A DNA stretch of 64,000 bases from the human T2T-CHM13v2.0 reference genome, Homo sapiens: assembly GCF_009914755.1 (NCBI RefSeq), contig NC_060928.1; one strand, given 5' to 3'. Below the pieces are notes generated by a model that was not told the origin of the DNA, did not search any database, and worked only from the letters and a program-made list of their open reading frames with translations. Below are positions 25,646 through 40,505 of this stretch, one piece after another (position 1 is the first letter of the stretch; the number at the start of each line of letters is the position of its first letter). The translations under genes were made by a program, and so were the position numbers.

Positions 25646-25697
<52 letters not shown>
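25629..25697. repeat. (TAGG)n(TAGA)n STR
   Basis: TAGG x3 followed by about 12-13 GATA units. Confidence 0.97.
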
Positions 25698-25698
<1 letters not shown>

Positions 25699-26048
25699 AA
25701 TTGCCATTCTTTCAGTGATTACTCTAAAGACTACAATATACATCCTTAACTTTAATTAAGGTCTAACATAAATTAGCATTTTGCCAGTGAGCCATGTGAG
25801 GAACTTAGAATCTTCTGATGCTTGACTCCTTTTATTCCCATCCCACCTTATATGTGATTATTAGTGTACATGTGAGGCTCCCTTAACATTTTCCTGCTCC
25901 AGGGAGAATTCGGTTTTGCTTCTGTCAGGTAGCTAGGCTGAAAAACCAATCAGAGATTTTCAGAGATTTAGATGATTTGAAGCCAGGCTTTGGTCTTTGT
26001 GAGGGCTGGTTTATTTCCAGGCTTTTACTCCTAGGAAGGGTTTCTTAC

Positions 26049-26260
26049 TAGAGTTTCTCAGCCTCAGCACTATTGACATTTTAGACCAGAAATTCCTTGT
26101 TATGGGGGAGCTGCCCTGCACACTGCAGGCCATTTAGCAGAATGCCCTACTTCTCCCCACTAGATGCCAGTAGCATACCCTCAATTGTGGCAGCCAAAAA
26201 TGTTCCCAGACATTATCAAGTGTCCCTTGAAGGGGCAAAGGTGCCCCATTGAGAACCAGT
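26049..26260. mobile_element. MER20 hAT-Charlie element (second partial copy at about 26780-26865)
   Basis: TTTCTCAGCCTCAGCACTATTGACATTTT..CTAGATGCCAGTAGCA..CCAGACATTATCAAGTGTCCC..TTGAGAACCA. Confidence 0.85.
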
Positions 26261-26479
26261 GTCCCAGGGTGTAGCCCTACAGGATCCCAACCAAAAGTCC
26301 TCAGTCCCTGAGACTGTCAAAGCTGCACTTACCTCTCAGCCTCTTTGTTGCCACTTTGGAATGAGGGAAAAAGCTGTTCCCAATAGGGAGCTCACTTCTC
26401 TTGACTCCCTCCTCCCAGAGGCCTTAAACTTACACATTTTCCCTGCCTTGTGAACCTGGCCAGCACATTTACACAGGGG

Positions 26480-26552
26480 TGTGTGTGTCTGTGTGTGCGC
26501 ATGTGTGTGTATGTGCGCGCGAGTGCGTGCATGCATGCGCATGTGTGTGTGT
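26480..26552. repeat. Alternating purine-pyrimidine tract (TG/CG/CA)
   Basis: GTGTGTGTGTCTGTGTGTGCGCATGTGTGTGTATGTGCGCGCGAGTGCGTGCATGCATGCGCATGTGTGTGTGT. Confidence 0.9.
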
Positions 26553-27179
26553 TTGCTTTTCTAGTTCTCAACAGAAACATTGATCTGAAATGACCTGGCT
26601 CATCATCTGAAATGACTAGCTCATCACTGCAGAACTCAAGAGTGACAGTCACTTGGAAGCAAAATCTTAAATAATTTCTTTTGAGTATAGATACAGCAGA
26701 CTGAATGTTCTCTGCAAAGTTCTTGGGTGCAGGGTACAAAGAGGGAACATGTTAGAACTAATAATAGAACTGTTATTACAGGAGTTTTAGACTGAGTTAT
26801 TCTTTGTTGTGGGCCATAGCCCTGTGCATTATAGGATGTTTAGTAGCATCCCTGGCCTCTGCTACACACAACAAAAATATCCATCCTTAGAGGAATTTAC
26901 ACTCTAGTTAGTGTACGAGTATATGCACATTTTAAAAGCCAAATTAAAAAGACTTCAGTTGAGCTACAAAGTATATATGCATCTCAAAAAAAAAAAGGCG
27001 TACAGTAGAAAACTATGGAAGGAGATGTTTATTACAAGCTAAATTCAACCCCCTACTTTTTATAAGCTGTGTGACCTTGACCAAGTCCAGGCTCAGGGTC
27101 TTCCGCAAAACAAGACTGTGGGATGAGAAGATCCACCACCACCGTCGCTTCCAGACCTGACAGACGAGAAGTCTATCAG

Positions 27180-27585
27180 AAAATAGGTTTGTGATCATTT
27201 AGAACACTAAATCCAGCCGAAGAGAAGCCACATGTTTATGAAAAATCAGTCATATCTGATTGACCTATTCCCATTTTGACTGATGTTTCTAATTGAGAAA
27301 GTAAAGGAAACTCATCAGATATGGGATAACTGGTTTCCAGACACATCTGATGAGATGCATCAAAATGTTCTGAGGAAATGGAGAAGTATGGGCTGGGCGA
27401 ACAGACATCTTGGATGGTTTGTAACTAGTTGATTCCAGAAAGCAAAGAATTCTGATTGGCAGGTGGATATGGACGGATAAAGGCCATCTCTGATGTTACG
27501 GTCCCATAAAACAGCAGCCTCTTCAGGCCTGTTGCTCTGGATCAATGATTTGGATCCCAATCAAGAAAGCATTTCATCAAATGCA
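27180..27585 (+). mobile_element. L3/CR1 ORF2 reverse-transcriptase relic (degraded)
   Basis: Fragments translate in order to VCDHLE, SHMFMKNQSYLIDL, MEKYGL, KQRILI, INDLD, FIK, matching CR1 RT motifs VCEHLE..SQHGFxKNKSCxTNL..xEKYGL..QRVxI..INDLD..xIKFADD. Confidence 0.8.
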
Positions 27586-27597
27586 TGGGTTTTTTCA

Positions 27598-28047
<450 letters not shown>

Positions 28048-29029
28048 CTAATGCCTGCTTCATCACTGCTGCCCGGTGGACCCTCTGGCTCCTGAGGCTC
28101 GTGCCCTCTCCCGGTCACTTCCCCATGCACAACACCCCTCTGCATTTATTCCCCAGAGTACCACCAACACAAGACAATCGTGTGCTGCAGATTTCTACTA
28201 AAGTTTTGCAGACAGCAGAAGGTATTTAGAGCATAAAGCAGAGAACAGCTTCAAACTAAAAATCAGATATCAAATCCCTAGAAATATATTCTCCACTCCC
28301 TGCCACAGAGAGTGCCCGATTGGCTTTGTTATTTCTCCTCTTGTCTAGCAGCATGCAAATTTCCTTGTGTTCTTTCATCTCTTCCTACCCTTGACTCCTG
28401 GGTTCTGACAACATTTTGTCTTGCCTGCCATAGATATTCAAACTTTGACCTTATTTTGCTGCACAAGTACATTCCAGACACTTATTGACCTCAACTTTGC
28501 CATCCAATGTACACCCAGGGTGGAGCAAGGAAGGGGAAGATAGGGGCTTGTCTTCTTCACCTAAAAGACCTACCAGGGAATGTTCCTACAAATTCATCCA
28601 CCCAAAAGAAAAATATTGCCTTTTACATACAGGGGAATTTGAAGGTTCTTCTCTAAGCTGAGATTCTATGATTTTGTGGTTTTACTTTTTGTCTTTAAAT
28701 GGCTAAGTGCTTAAGAAACAATGAGCACTAGTCCCCCACGGTCAAGGATGGGAGGACTAAGGCTCACAAGTTTTGAGGATCAAAGATTCCTAGAATACAG
28801 CGAGGATTGCCATGCATTTACAAAGCCCCTTCTTCCTTTGTGCATTCGAACAAACCTGAAAATACTCTCATCCCCATTCAATAAACAGAAGCTTAAAATT
28901 CAGTAGAAGCAGGAAGTAGTGACAGAAGATGAAAGAGAGTAAAAATGATTCGGAGGAGAAAAAAAAAATACAAGGGAATGAAATGTCCACACCCAAAAAG
29001 TTGTGGACTAAATGAGATGAAGGATTTGG

Positions 29030-29190
29030 GTCCCCGAAATACCACCCTCTCCTTTTGCCTCCCGGTTTGATGCTGGTGTGGAGCTGCGAGCACTTGGGCA
29101 GATATTTGCATGCTCTAAGTGTTCCGCTGGGAAAGTGGCAGATATCGAGACAGATGGCTCTAGGAAGTGTGGGTGAGCCTGACGTCAAGT
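29030..29190. promoter_or_regulatory. Candidate enhancer (octamer + ETS + full CRE)
   Basis: ATTTGCAT at 29104-29111, AGGAAGTG at 29162-29169, TGACGTCA at 29180-29187; several retained CpGs. Confidence 0.4.
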
Positions 29191-31499
29191 TTATGAGCCA
29201 AATGGTGTTTTCTGAGTTCCACCTCTTCAGATCCCATCCATAACAGACCCACTACCTCAAACCATGCCCCTCCCTGAAGCCTCTCCTGCCCCCTTGATCA
29301 TAACAATCTTTCTTTCCTCTAATAATAATAAATGCTGGTTAAACATGTACTGTTCTGTCAAATATTGTCATTTAGGCCTCATCCGTCAAGGACCCCCTTG
29401 AAGGCCACAACAGGGTCTTCCCTCTGTACCGCACTGGCCTGGAATTCCTCCATTTACTCGACACATCCTTATCAAATACCTACTATGTGCCAAGCGCTGT
29501 GCTTCGCATGAGGGAAATCAACAGGGGACCAATGAGAAGGTCCTTATCTTCATAAGGATCTCATTCGAGAAAAAAAGAAACAATAAATACATAAATAAAA
29601 TGAAGAGTCCAGCTCCTGGTTTAAAAAACCTACGTGTGATTTTTCAGGCCCGACCATAGGCAAGTACAAAGGCTTCACCTGGCTGGCTCCATGGGCAACA
29701 TCTGCCCTTCCCACAGCAGACTTGGCTCACAGCCACTGCATGGCAGGCTCTGAAGGGAATTGGAAAGGACTCAGGCCCCTCTAGCTGGTCCTGCTCTTCA
29801 CATATTTGTAACCCTAGGCCCAGAGCCTTCATTCCTGGGTTTCTTTGTCCAAGACCTTGGGCAGAGGTCCTCTGCAGACATCTCTGCCAAGTCCTACTTA
29901 TGGTGAAAAGAACGGAAAAACCTGGAAGACCATTTTTCCCACTCCGACTCAGTACTCAGTACTTTTCCACTCCTGGCTCTCAGCCCTGATCCTCCCCAAC
30001 CCCAGAGTCCATAAACTGCTCCCTCTACCCCACACCTGCTCTGACCCACCTGACCTCAGCCTGTGCACTGTGCCATGGGCAGCAGGGGAAATCTTACTGC
30101 GTGGGTTTAGCCCCTTGCTTGTACCATAGCAGTTAGTGAATAAAGGCTGTGCTGGTACTTCCATGTCAACCCCCTGATGCTTCATCAGCTACTCCTACAC
30201 CTGATAGCTCAGCCCTCTCTCCAGCTCAGCTGAGCTCCTGAGAAAAAATAACAAATCGTCACATAGAATAAGATCTTAAATGGAATTTCTGGTGTTGTCT
30301 TAGAATTTTGGCTGAAGCCCAAAGCTGAGAACAATAGATGATAAATAAAACCCTCTCATTCCTCCTCCAGCAAACTGTAACTAAATATGGAAAGGTGTAG
30401 ACTACCCATTCAGGAAGTCCTGTGACCCACAGCCCACCTCCAATACCCTAGTCTGTATGTATGAAGGAAGCCCAGAGATGAAGGAAGAGAGAATCTCAGG
30501 CAAGTGGTGAGGGGGGTTCTCTCCCTGGTGCTGCCAGGGGACCAGAACGGAGGGTGACTTTTGAGGGAGTTTTTCAGTCTCCCAGTGCACAGAGACCAGA
30601 GAAAGAGTCCGCATGCCAGAGGCTGGCTGCAGCAGCCAGTGAAGGGAGCCAAGGGACAGGGCTGCCTTGGGAGTGGCCAGTTCCCCCAGGAGTACACAGC
30701 AAAATACCAAATGTTTCCAGTGAGCAGAGTGGATGCTGTGCAAAGCTGCCCGGCCTGAATTGTCTTGAAAGAGCTGCCCAGGAGAGTGAGGCCACCCTCA
30801 CAGACAGAGAGGTTGTGAGGTACAGTGCCTGAGATGGAACTGCAGGGCCAAGATTCATGGAAGCGAGTCAGACAGTCCCCCCATTGAGGCTGGGTGGGCA
30901 GGATGGAGGCCTCCTGTGTGGGGTCTTCTTCCCAAAGAAGAGCCAGTAATTGTGAATCCACCTTGACAGAGGACATCTGACAGTCACGAGTGAACTGCAA
31001 ACAGCACCAGCTACCTGGAAAAGATCTTCTTGCCCATTAACCTCTCATTTCTCCCTCATCCCTCCTCTTTCAGCCTGACTCTGAAAATGCCAGGAGGAGT
31101 CCAGCGGGGAAGCAGGGAAGGAAAGAAGTGAAGAAGGTGAAAAAAAATGAAAGATAGAACCACAATGCACTTGCGACTGTTGTCAATAGGACCTAAGTCC
31201 AGCTTGAGTCTACAAGGCAGGAAAACAAACTGAATGAGGAACTGAAATTATGGCATTGAGTTGGATTAAAACTATTTAATATCTAAAAAACAAGATGATT
31301 TTAATACTCAATAATTATCATAAAAGCCATGGGATTTGCTTGCAATATTATTTTTGGCAAATCCTTCCCAAACAGGTTTGAAGCTGCGGTGGGTGAAAAA
31401 TAGAGTTATTTCCTTATCTTATCTTACCAAATATAGCTTGTTCAAATGCCAGCCATAAAGGCAAAAAAGAAGCTGAGAAAGAGACAAGCAGAGATGAAA

Positions 31500-31860
31500 T
31501 CTACTTTTGAAACTGCCACCTGGGAAGGCTGAGGCGGCAAACAGTAGTGAGACAGGCACCATCTCTGTGGAGAGAGGAAGATTGTTCCAGGCCAAGGGAA
31601 GATATGTGCAAAGGCCCTGAGGCAGGAAAGAGGAAGCCATGAAACTACAAGGTCCAGAGCAGGGCAGAGCATGAGACATGACGTCAGAGGCAGATTGCAC
31701 GAGGCAATGTGATCACAGTGAAAGGTCTGGATTGATTCTGAGGGCGTTCCAGAGTTTAAGCAGCAAATTGACATCCAATTTATATGTTTAAGATCACTTT
31801 TACTGTTGTTTCAAGAAAGGATTGGGAGAAGGAATAAGAGTGGAGGCCCAGTAGAAGGAC
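31500..31860 (-). mobile_element. L2
   Basis: GTTCCAGGCCAAGGGAAGATATGTGCAAAGGCCCTGAGGCAGGAAAGAG; TTTAAGCAG..AAGATCACT. Confidence 0.7.
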
Positions 31861-32674
31861 ACAATGTACTTCTTAGAAATGGTGCAATAAATCCTGAGTG
31901 GTTGCCTTTCTCAAATTTAGACTCCAAAAAACCAGAAAGACGGATGGTGATGGGTACTTCAGGCTCCCTATGACTGACAGAACCTACTGGAATTTAACAA
32001 AAAAACAAATAAATTTAAAAAACAAACAAACAAAAAAAACAGAAGAAATGGTCTTGCTTGAAAAACAGGCATTCTTCATGAAAGCTACATAGCATATTAT
32101 ACACAGACATATATATATTTCCTCAAGCCACCAAAAAGCTCAGAGCTAAATTTTATGTTCTAGTAATTTTCTCATCTCTTCTTCCTCGCTATAAATATGG
32201 TTTCTAATCTCTCCTTTAACAGAATTTCAACATGAAAATGTACTTGTTCATTGTTCATGAGCCACTGCAAATCCATTTTAAAGACTGTTTTGCACAACCT
32301 GCCACAAAGGGAAGAATGAGATTTTTTTAACCCGTTTTGAAGACAAGACCAAAAAAAAAAAATACTGCCAATTATCAAAAAATGTTTTGATTTTTTTTTT
32401 CTCACCAACAGCTACACTGAGCACTCCCGCTCAGTCCTGACCCTTTCGGACAGTGAACCCCCAACAAACCTACTGCCAGCCCAAGGAGATAAGCTGTGAA
32501 CACCTCCTAATGTTTGAGACAATTTCTCGGGAAGCCCCACCCCATTCTTATGCATTCTAGCCTTATTTGAATAGCTACTATACATTGAGTACTTGTTCTG
32601 TGCCAGGCACCATGCTGAGCACTTTACATATATTATAATAATCCAGCATCACAAAAACTCTTTAAGGCAAGAAC

Positions 32675-33171
32675 TGTAGCCACACCAGACCAATCTGCTT
32701 CAACTTTTATGTAATAAAGTTGTAAGTTGTTTTTCAGTTGCTATGGACCCTCAGGTCATACAGCCTGAACGTACCCAGATGAACCAAGCATGCAACCACA
32801 GAGGAACCTAAATGCTTGGACCAAGAAGGAGGGGAATGAATCAAGAAGTGGACACCACATGGCAGGATCCAGAATCCAGTGAGTCTGAGCCCCGGCATCG
32901 CCCCACGGCAGAAACCAGTCAGATCATGCCTCCCAACATCACCTTGTCACAAAATCCAATTAGATCATGCCTCATTACCCTATGCTTATAAAATCTGACC
33001 CAACCCCCAACTCAAAGAGATAGATTCGAGCATTTCCTCCTGTCTCCTTGCCAGTAGACTTGCAATAAACCTTTCTTGCTGAAAAAAAAAAAAAAAAAAA
33101 AAAAAAACCTGGTCCTTTGGTGTTTGGCTTCCTTATGCACAGGCAAATGGATCCAGTTCAGTTCAATGACA
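32675..33171 (+). mobile_element. Solo LTR (LTR47-like) inserted in a MIR
   Basis: TGTAGCCACACCAGACCAATCTG.TTCAACTTTTATGTAA.AAAGTTG start, TATAAAA, AATAAA, ends TGACA; TSD GAAC; MIR halves on both sides. Confidence 0.75.
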
Positions 33172-33543
33172 GAACTATCATTATCTCATTGTATAGCGAA
33201 AGCAACTGAAGCATGGAGAGTTTCAGTCACATATCCAAGGTCCCAGATAGTCAGTGGGACCACTAATGTTTCCACTATAAATCTGTCTGCCTCTGGTGAT
33301 AAACTTTCATGTTTGAGGTCAGCACTTTAATCCCCCTACACCTCCACCTCCAGCTCACTGGACAACGGGATATTTGTTTACATCCTCTCTAGCTCAGGTG
33401 CCTTGTCAGCTTGATATGCACTGGCTTGGCCCCTTGCTTCTCACCACCTACCGTGGTGTCCCATGAGAAATATCAGGCCTAACTCGGGCCCCAACTCAGC
33501 CACACTATTACCCTGTAGGAGGTAATGGGATCCAAACAGACGG

Positions 33544-33735
33544 CAGTGTGCTGGTTCTGCTTACACTAATTTATGAGAGTCAGTCATATGCATTACCTCT
33601 CTACAACGTATTCAGTGACATCATGTTGCTCACTTGAAATCAGTCACGATGGAAGTATTTACACCATAGAAATTGGCAAACACTGCCAATCAGGGCTTTT
33701 TAGGGGGAAAGCCACATTTACCGGCACACCACTTG
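33544..33735. mobile_element. MER63A-like hAT-Blackjack element
   Basis: CAGTGTGCTGG start and CCGGCACACCACT end (terminal inverted repeats); internal TTCAGTGACATCATGTTG..CTTGAAATCAG..GTATTTACACCA. Confidence 0.75.
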
Positions 33736-34744
33736 GGGCAGACAATAGGATAATAACAAAATCATCTCTTAGTCTTTTCTTTATAGTCTTTAATAAACAA
33801 ACCATTCTTAATTCCCAGAACTCCACCAAGAAAAATCCAGCTGAAATTGTACATGTAGGGACCCGTTCTCCTTGCCCAGAGTGCAAATGTCCTTCCTCAA
33901 CCTGTACTGCTTTCCTTGGTGCATTAAGGGAAACAAGCTAGAAACTTTTTCATGCTTTCCTACATTCTGTTGAGCTTGCAGTCTTGCTGGAAGGAGGAAG
34001 CCAATCTCAGGTGCTGAACAACAAATTGCTTATTGGAACAGCTGCTGCTTTTGGCTGAGTAGGCAGGACACTCAAGGGTGGCATTTTCTTGCCATGATGC
34101 TGCAGCCAGTTAAAAATTAGTGTTAGGGACAGAAAATAAGAAGCAAAAGGGAAATCATCAGATGATTTGATATGAGCCACAGCCAGAAACCTCCTTTTAA
34201 ACACAGCATAGGGTAGAGGAAAGAATGTGAACACAGAAATAAGGCCTGCATCTGAGCCTTTGCTCTATAACTTGCTACATGTTCTCATGGGACAAAAAGG
34301 TAGGAGAAGAGAAGGAGATGTAATGAAAGGTGTGATGAGGGAGAGCCATCAGGGCTGAAGAAAAGACTTTTCACCACAACAGCAACTCAGTGATGATTTG
34401 GCACATTCCTTGTATATTCAGTATTCACTGGGCACCTACTGTGTGCCATGAGAAATACTAGATATAGCTGTGAACAACAGAGACATAGCTCCTGCCCTCA
34501 TGAAGCTTACAGTCTAGTGGAGAATAGAAACATTAAATGGGTAGTACTAATGAAGTTTTATTGTTTGTTATGGTAAAGAAAATAAAGGAACCATAGAAAC
34601 ATAACAGGGAGGAGTTGTGGCTGACCTAGTCCAGGGGCCAGAGAGTAAAGTCTCCCCATAAGGCCCTGCTCACAGAGTGAAAGGACAAAGTGACTAGAGA
34701 GTAATAGGATGACAGCATGGCTGGACTTTTCTCTCTTGTAAGAG

Positions 34745-34985
34745 CACTAGAGTGAGCCAGACACTATAGATTTGGAAGCCAGAGACCTGGGTTCGAATCC
34801 TGGCTCTACCACTGAGAAGCTGAGCAAGTACCTAACCTCAGTTAGCTCAGTACCTTCATCATATACAGGGACAGTAATAATACTTATCATCTTCCAGTTT
34901 TATTCTTTGAATTAAATTAGTGTGGAGAATAGGTCTCAGCATAGCGCATGACTTACAGCAGGTGCTCATTAAATGATAGCTATAT
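34745..34985 (+). mobile_element. MIR
   Basis: AGCCAGAGACCTGGGTTCGAATCCTGGCTCTACCACT..AACCTC..AATAATAC. Confidence 0.75.
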
Positions 34986-36269
34986 ATAAAGATTAACAAT
35001 TTTATTTTAAAAATTAAAGATCTCTTAAACTGGACATGTTGATCACTTTACTTACTTATCAGCAGAAACACTTAATGAGGCTTAGTGGTCCTGTCCTGTA
35101 AGATAACTTGAGAGTTTACACAGCAAGAGGCTTTGAACGTGCTTGCATTAAACACATCCGGAATAGTCAGCATTTGTTTCTAGCAGCAGTGAGAACACAT
35201 GCTGTCCCTTCCAACCTAACTTGTCTTGCTTTACCCAAAGTATGATTCCCACCTGCAGTGACTCTATCTATTCCCAGATTGTCCAAGGTGAATTCCTATT
35301 TCTTTTTTTTCTTCCAATAGCAAGAAGATAAATGTGACTTAATTTGTTCACCTTTACAAAACCTTTATTTAAAAAAAAATCATTGTCCATGACATGTGCC
35401 AATTTGACATTAGAGAACATATGGTCATTATAAAGACTGTAGCATTCTGAAAGTTTGAGTTGGAATACATTGATTCAATTGCTACCAATAGCTTCCCTGA
35501 AATGAACCACCTTGTTTTCCATCCCTCTAGTGATATATGTAAATTTTAACAATCTGCAATACTTCTTTCTATACACTGCATTTGCAGCAGGGGTGATAGG
35601 CTGTGACGCTTGTCTCCTTTGCACTTTTGCTCAACTTTAGCATAAATTTATCAAAGAAGGTAGCAAATTGCAAGTTGATCAGTTTCCCCACTTTAACACG
35701 ACAGGTCATAATGGCTTTGTTCCTTGGCCATACAGGCCACGGAGCTGTTTTTACATATTAATGTGACAGGACATGGAGAATCATTAATAACTATAACAAG
35801 ATAAAGGGAATTAGTTAAAACTTAATTAAAACCACATGGATAACAAGTAGAACACTGTATGTTTAGTATCTTGAAATCTTTGTTCCTGGTTTGACCAAAC
35901 AAAAAGATGCTTTGTGGAAAGCACAAGGTCCCCAATTAATCCCTGGTCTAAAATAATCAGATCTAAATCAGAATCAAGAGGAAATGAAATTGGTGATTCT
36001 GATACATGTCAGCACCCACCCTGTCCCACCTTGGGTCATGGTAAAATGACAAAAGTGGAGTTCTCATCAGCTCAAAGACTGGAGGCATGAAGTCAGTAGT
36101 TACCACATTTTAACATGCTTAAGAATCATCTTGGGACATTTATTAAAAAGCTGATTCTTGGGATCCAATCTCAGACATTCTGATTTGATGAGTCCAGCCT
36201 GGCAGGCCTGAAATCTTTATTTTTAGCCAGCGTATTTCCGCTTTAAAGTGACTTCTAGTCAAAATATAT

Positions 36270-37590
<1,321 letters not shown>

Positions 37591-38063
37591 GATTGACAAT
37601 GTGGCATTAAGGCAAATGGTCAATGTATGAATGAATGGCAATTTACTTAAGCAGGTAAATTTTCAGATAATTATAAATCCATTTTAATATGTTTTTAAAT
37701 ATATATAACAAGCACATGTAACCCATAATTTCACAAATATTAGTACTTAGTAGAGGGTAAATTTAAAGGAATCAATGTAAAGAAAAATATTCAGTAAATA
37801 ACAGCAGAGGTGTTGTGCAGATGCAGGACAAATTTTAAGTACTGAACAAGTATGACTTAGGTTAAGGACCAGGGATATATTGAAGAAAGCACTTACATCA
37901 GGGGCCCTGTGCTTCTCTAGATATGGCTTCATACTTAATATCTTAAGTCTCTTACTCTTTGTCCATAAAACGGAGATAAGAATATTTGTCCATACCATTT
38001 TCTATAATGATTACCAAAGGTATTACTAGGAAAAGGGTTGTTATTCTATAAAGAATATCACCA

Positions 38064-38808
<745 letters not shown>

Positions 38809-40202
38809 AGAACAGCACTGAATCCAAATGAAGCCATTTGATACCATTTTGTATCCAAGAATGCCCTTCATTTCTCTTTATTTATCACAACACTTGGCAA
38901 TATTTCATCAGCTGGTGGCCAGCCAGCATCCCTCTTCTTGCCTCCTCCTCCTCCTTCTTCCTAAGTAGAGGCCTTTCCATTCCTTCTTATCACTTCCTGC
39001 AATTGGAAGAGTAGGATGTGAAATTTCAACCTCTGAACATGGCTGTTCTGACAACCATGGCCATAATTTGGTTTTATCCATTTGGCTTCATCCCACTCAT
39101 TCTTCCCCATCCTTACAATAATCCTGAGCTCTCTGGACCTTTGAGCACATGGAGTGTAATGTTTTGAGGAGATCATCATGATGTAAACATTTATTTTTAC
39201 TGTTTGATTTTAATAAGCTCTTTATTGTGTCTAGGGTTGTAAGAAAAATATAAATAGGTAAAGATATTATTTCACTTTCAGTGCACTGGCATTTTAGAAC
39301 ACAGAAGAATCAGTGTGGAAGAGTATAACTTACATCAGTAAAAAACTAGATTTGAATCCTCACTCCTCCACTTTTCAGCTTTGTGATGTTAAACTGTAAT
39401 TTTCAAACTTTCACGTGGACGCAAACAACTTTGGGCAGATTCTGTTCGTAGATCTGGGGTGGGGCCTGAGATTCAGCATTTTTTAAAAAGTTTCCAAGTG
39501 ATAGTCTATGGACCATACTCAGAGTACCATGAACTGAAGACTGAAGGCACAGACAAAAATGGCTAAACCAGAGCAGATTCCATGTAAGTTTGCTTCACTC
39601 TCTACTATTTTCCACCACTTCATTTTCTAAAGGGGTCTGTTAGCTGAAAGAACTCACTAAGGAAAGTCAATTAAAAAATGACAAAGAAAAAAGCATAAGA
39701 AATTCACAGCTCTACAGTAGGGGTTGATTAGGGTCAAACAAAGATATATTTAAACCTAATTAAGATAAAGGATCCCTCGTTAAGTTGAGAGGAAGGCTAA
39801 GAGTAAAAACTCTGAGGACTGGTTGATTTCTGTCAGATTTCTGTCAGAAAAATATTGCATCAAGGGAATATAATGACAGCCTTGAAGAATGATGGTCCCA
39901 ACTGTAATTCTGAAGGCAGTTTTAATATCATAGAACTCAGGACATAATAATAACAATGTATACTTAGAAATTGTTTTAAACATTGCAAATCCCTTTGCAT
40001 GCATTAATACATCCCAGTCCTCACTTCTTAAACTTTTTATCACTCTTATTAAATAGGAGATTGTGAGCTCCTTGAGGTTAGGGATCTACCCTGTTCATAT
40101 CTGTATTTCTAACATTTGGCAAACATTTAGTATCTAGCAGGCATTTGACAAACATTGACTCGAAAAGAGATTTTTTCCCCCAGGTCCTCAAATACATATC
40201 AT

Positions 40203-40380
40203 CCCATTTCATTGAATCTAAGTAATCATCAATAATGTGATACACTATTTTATGTATCTCTAAGAAAGAAAAAATGCCCCCATTTAAATCTTGTGTACCA
40301 TTGACTGTAAGATATATCCCAATTTCAGAGATGTTAAAATGTGGGCAGAAATGTGACTCTTAAAATTGAGAAACTGCAGC
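40203..40380. mobile_element. MER104-like TcMar element
   Basis: ATTTCATTGAATCTAAG..TAAGAAAGAAAAAATG..GACTGTAAGAT..CCCAATTTCAGAGATGTTAAAATGTG. Confidence 0.65.
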
Positions 40381-40505
40381 TTGAGCTCCACTATGGAGTC
40401 ACTCACTGAGAGCAGACGTGAAATAACAAAACAGCCATACATTAGGGTTGCTGAAGATACCATAGGTAAGCAAGGAGACAAATAGGGACAGGGAGATATT
40501 TCTTT

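Noticed and set aside
25030-25743. YLSI-repeat ORFs
   Set aside because: Translations of (TAGA)n microsatellites
30410-31000. Longest ORF (196 aa, minus strand)
   Set aside because: Non-ATG start, no recognisable domain, and several overlapping frames open, as expected in GC-rich non-coding or LTR-like DNA
33082-33107. Poly-A after AATAAA suggesting a processed pseudogene
   Set aside because: It lies inside an LTR that continues to its TGACA end; an A-run expansion with no ORF or TSD
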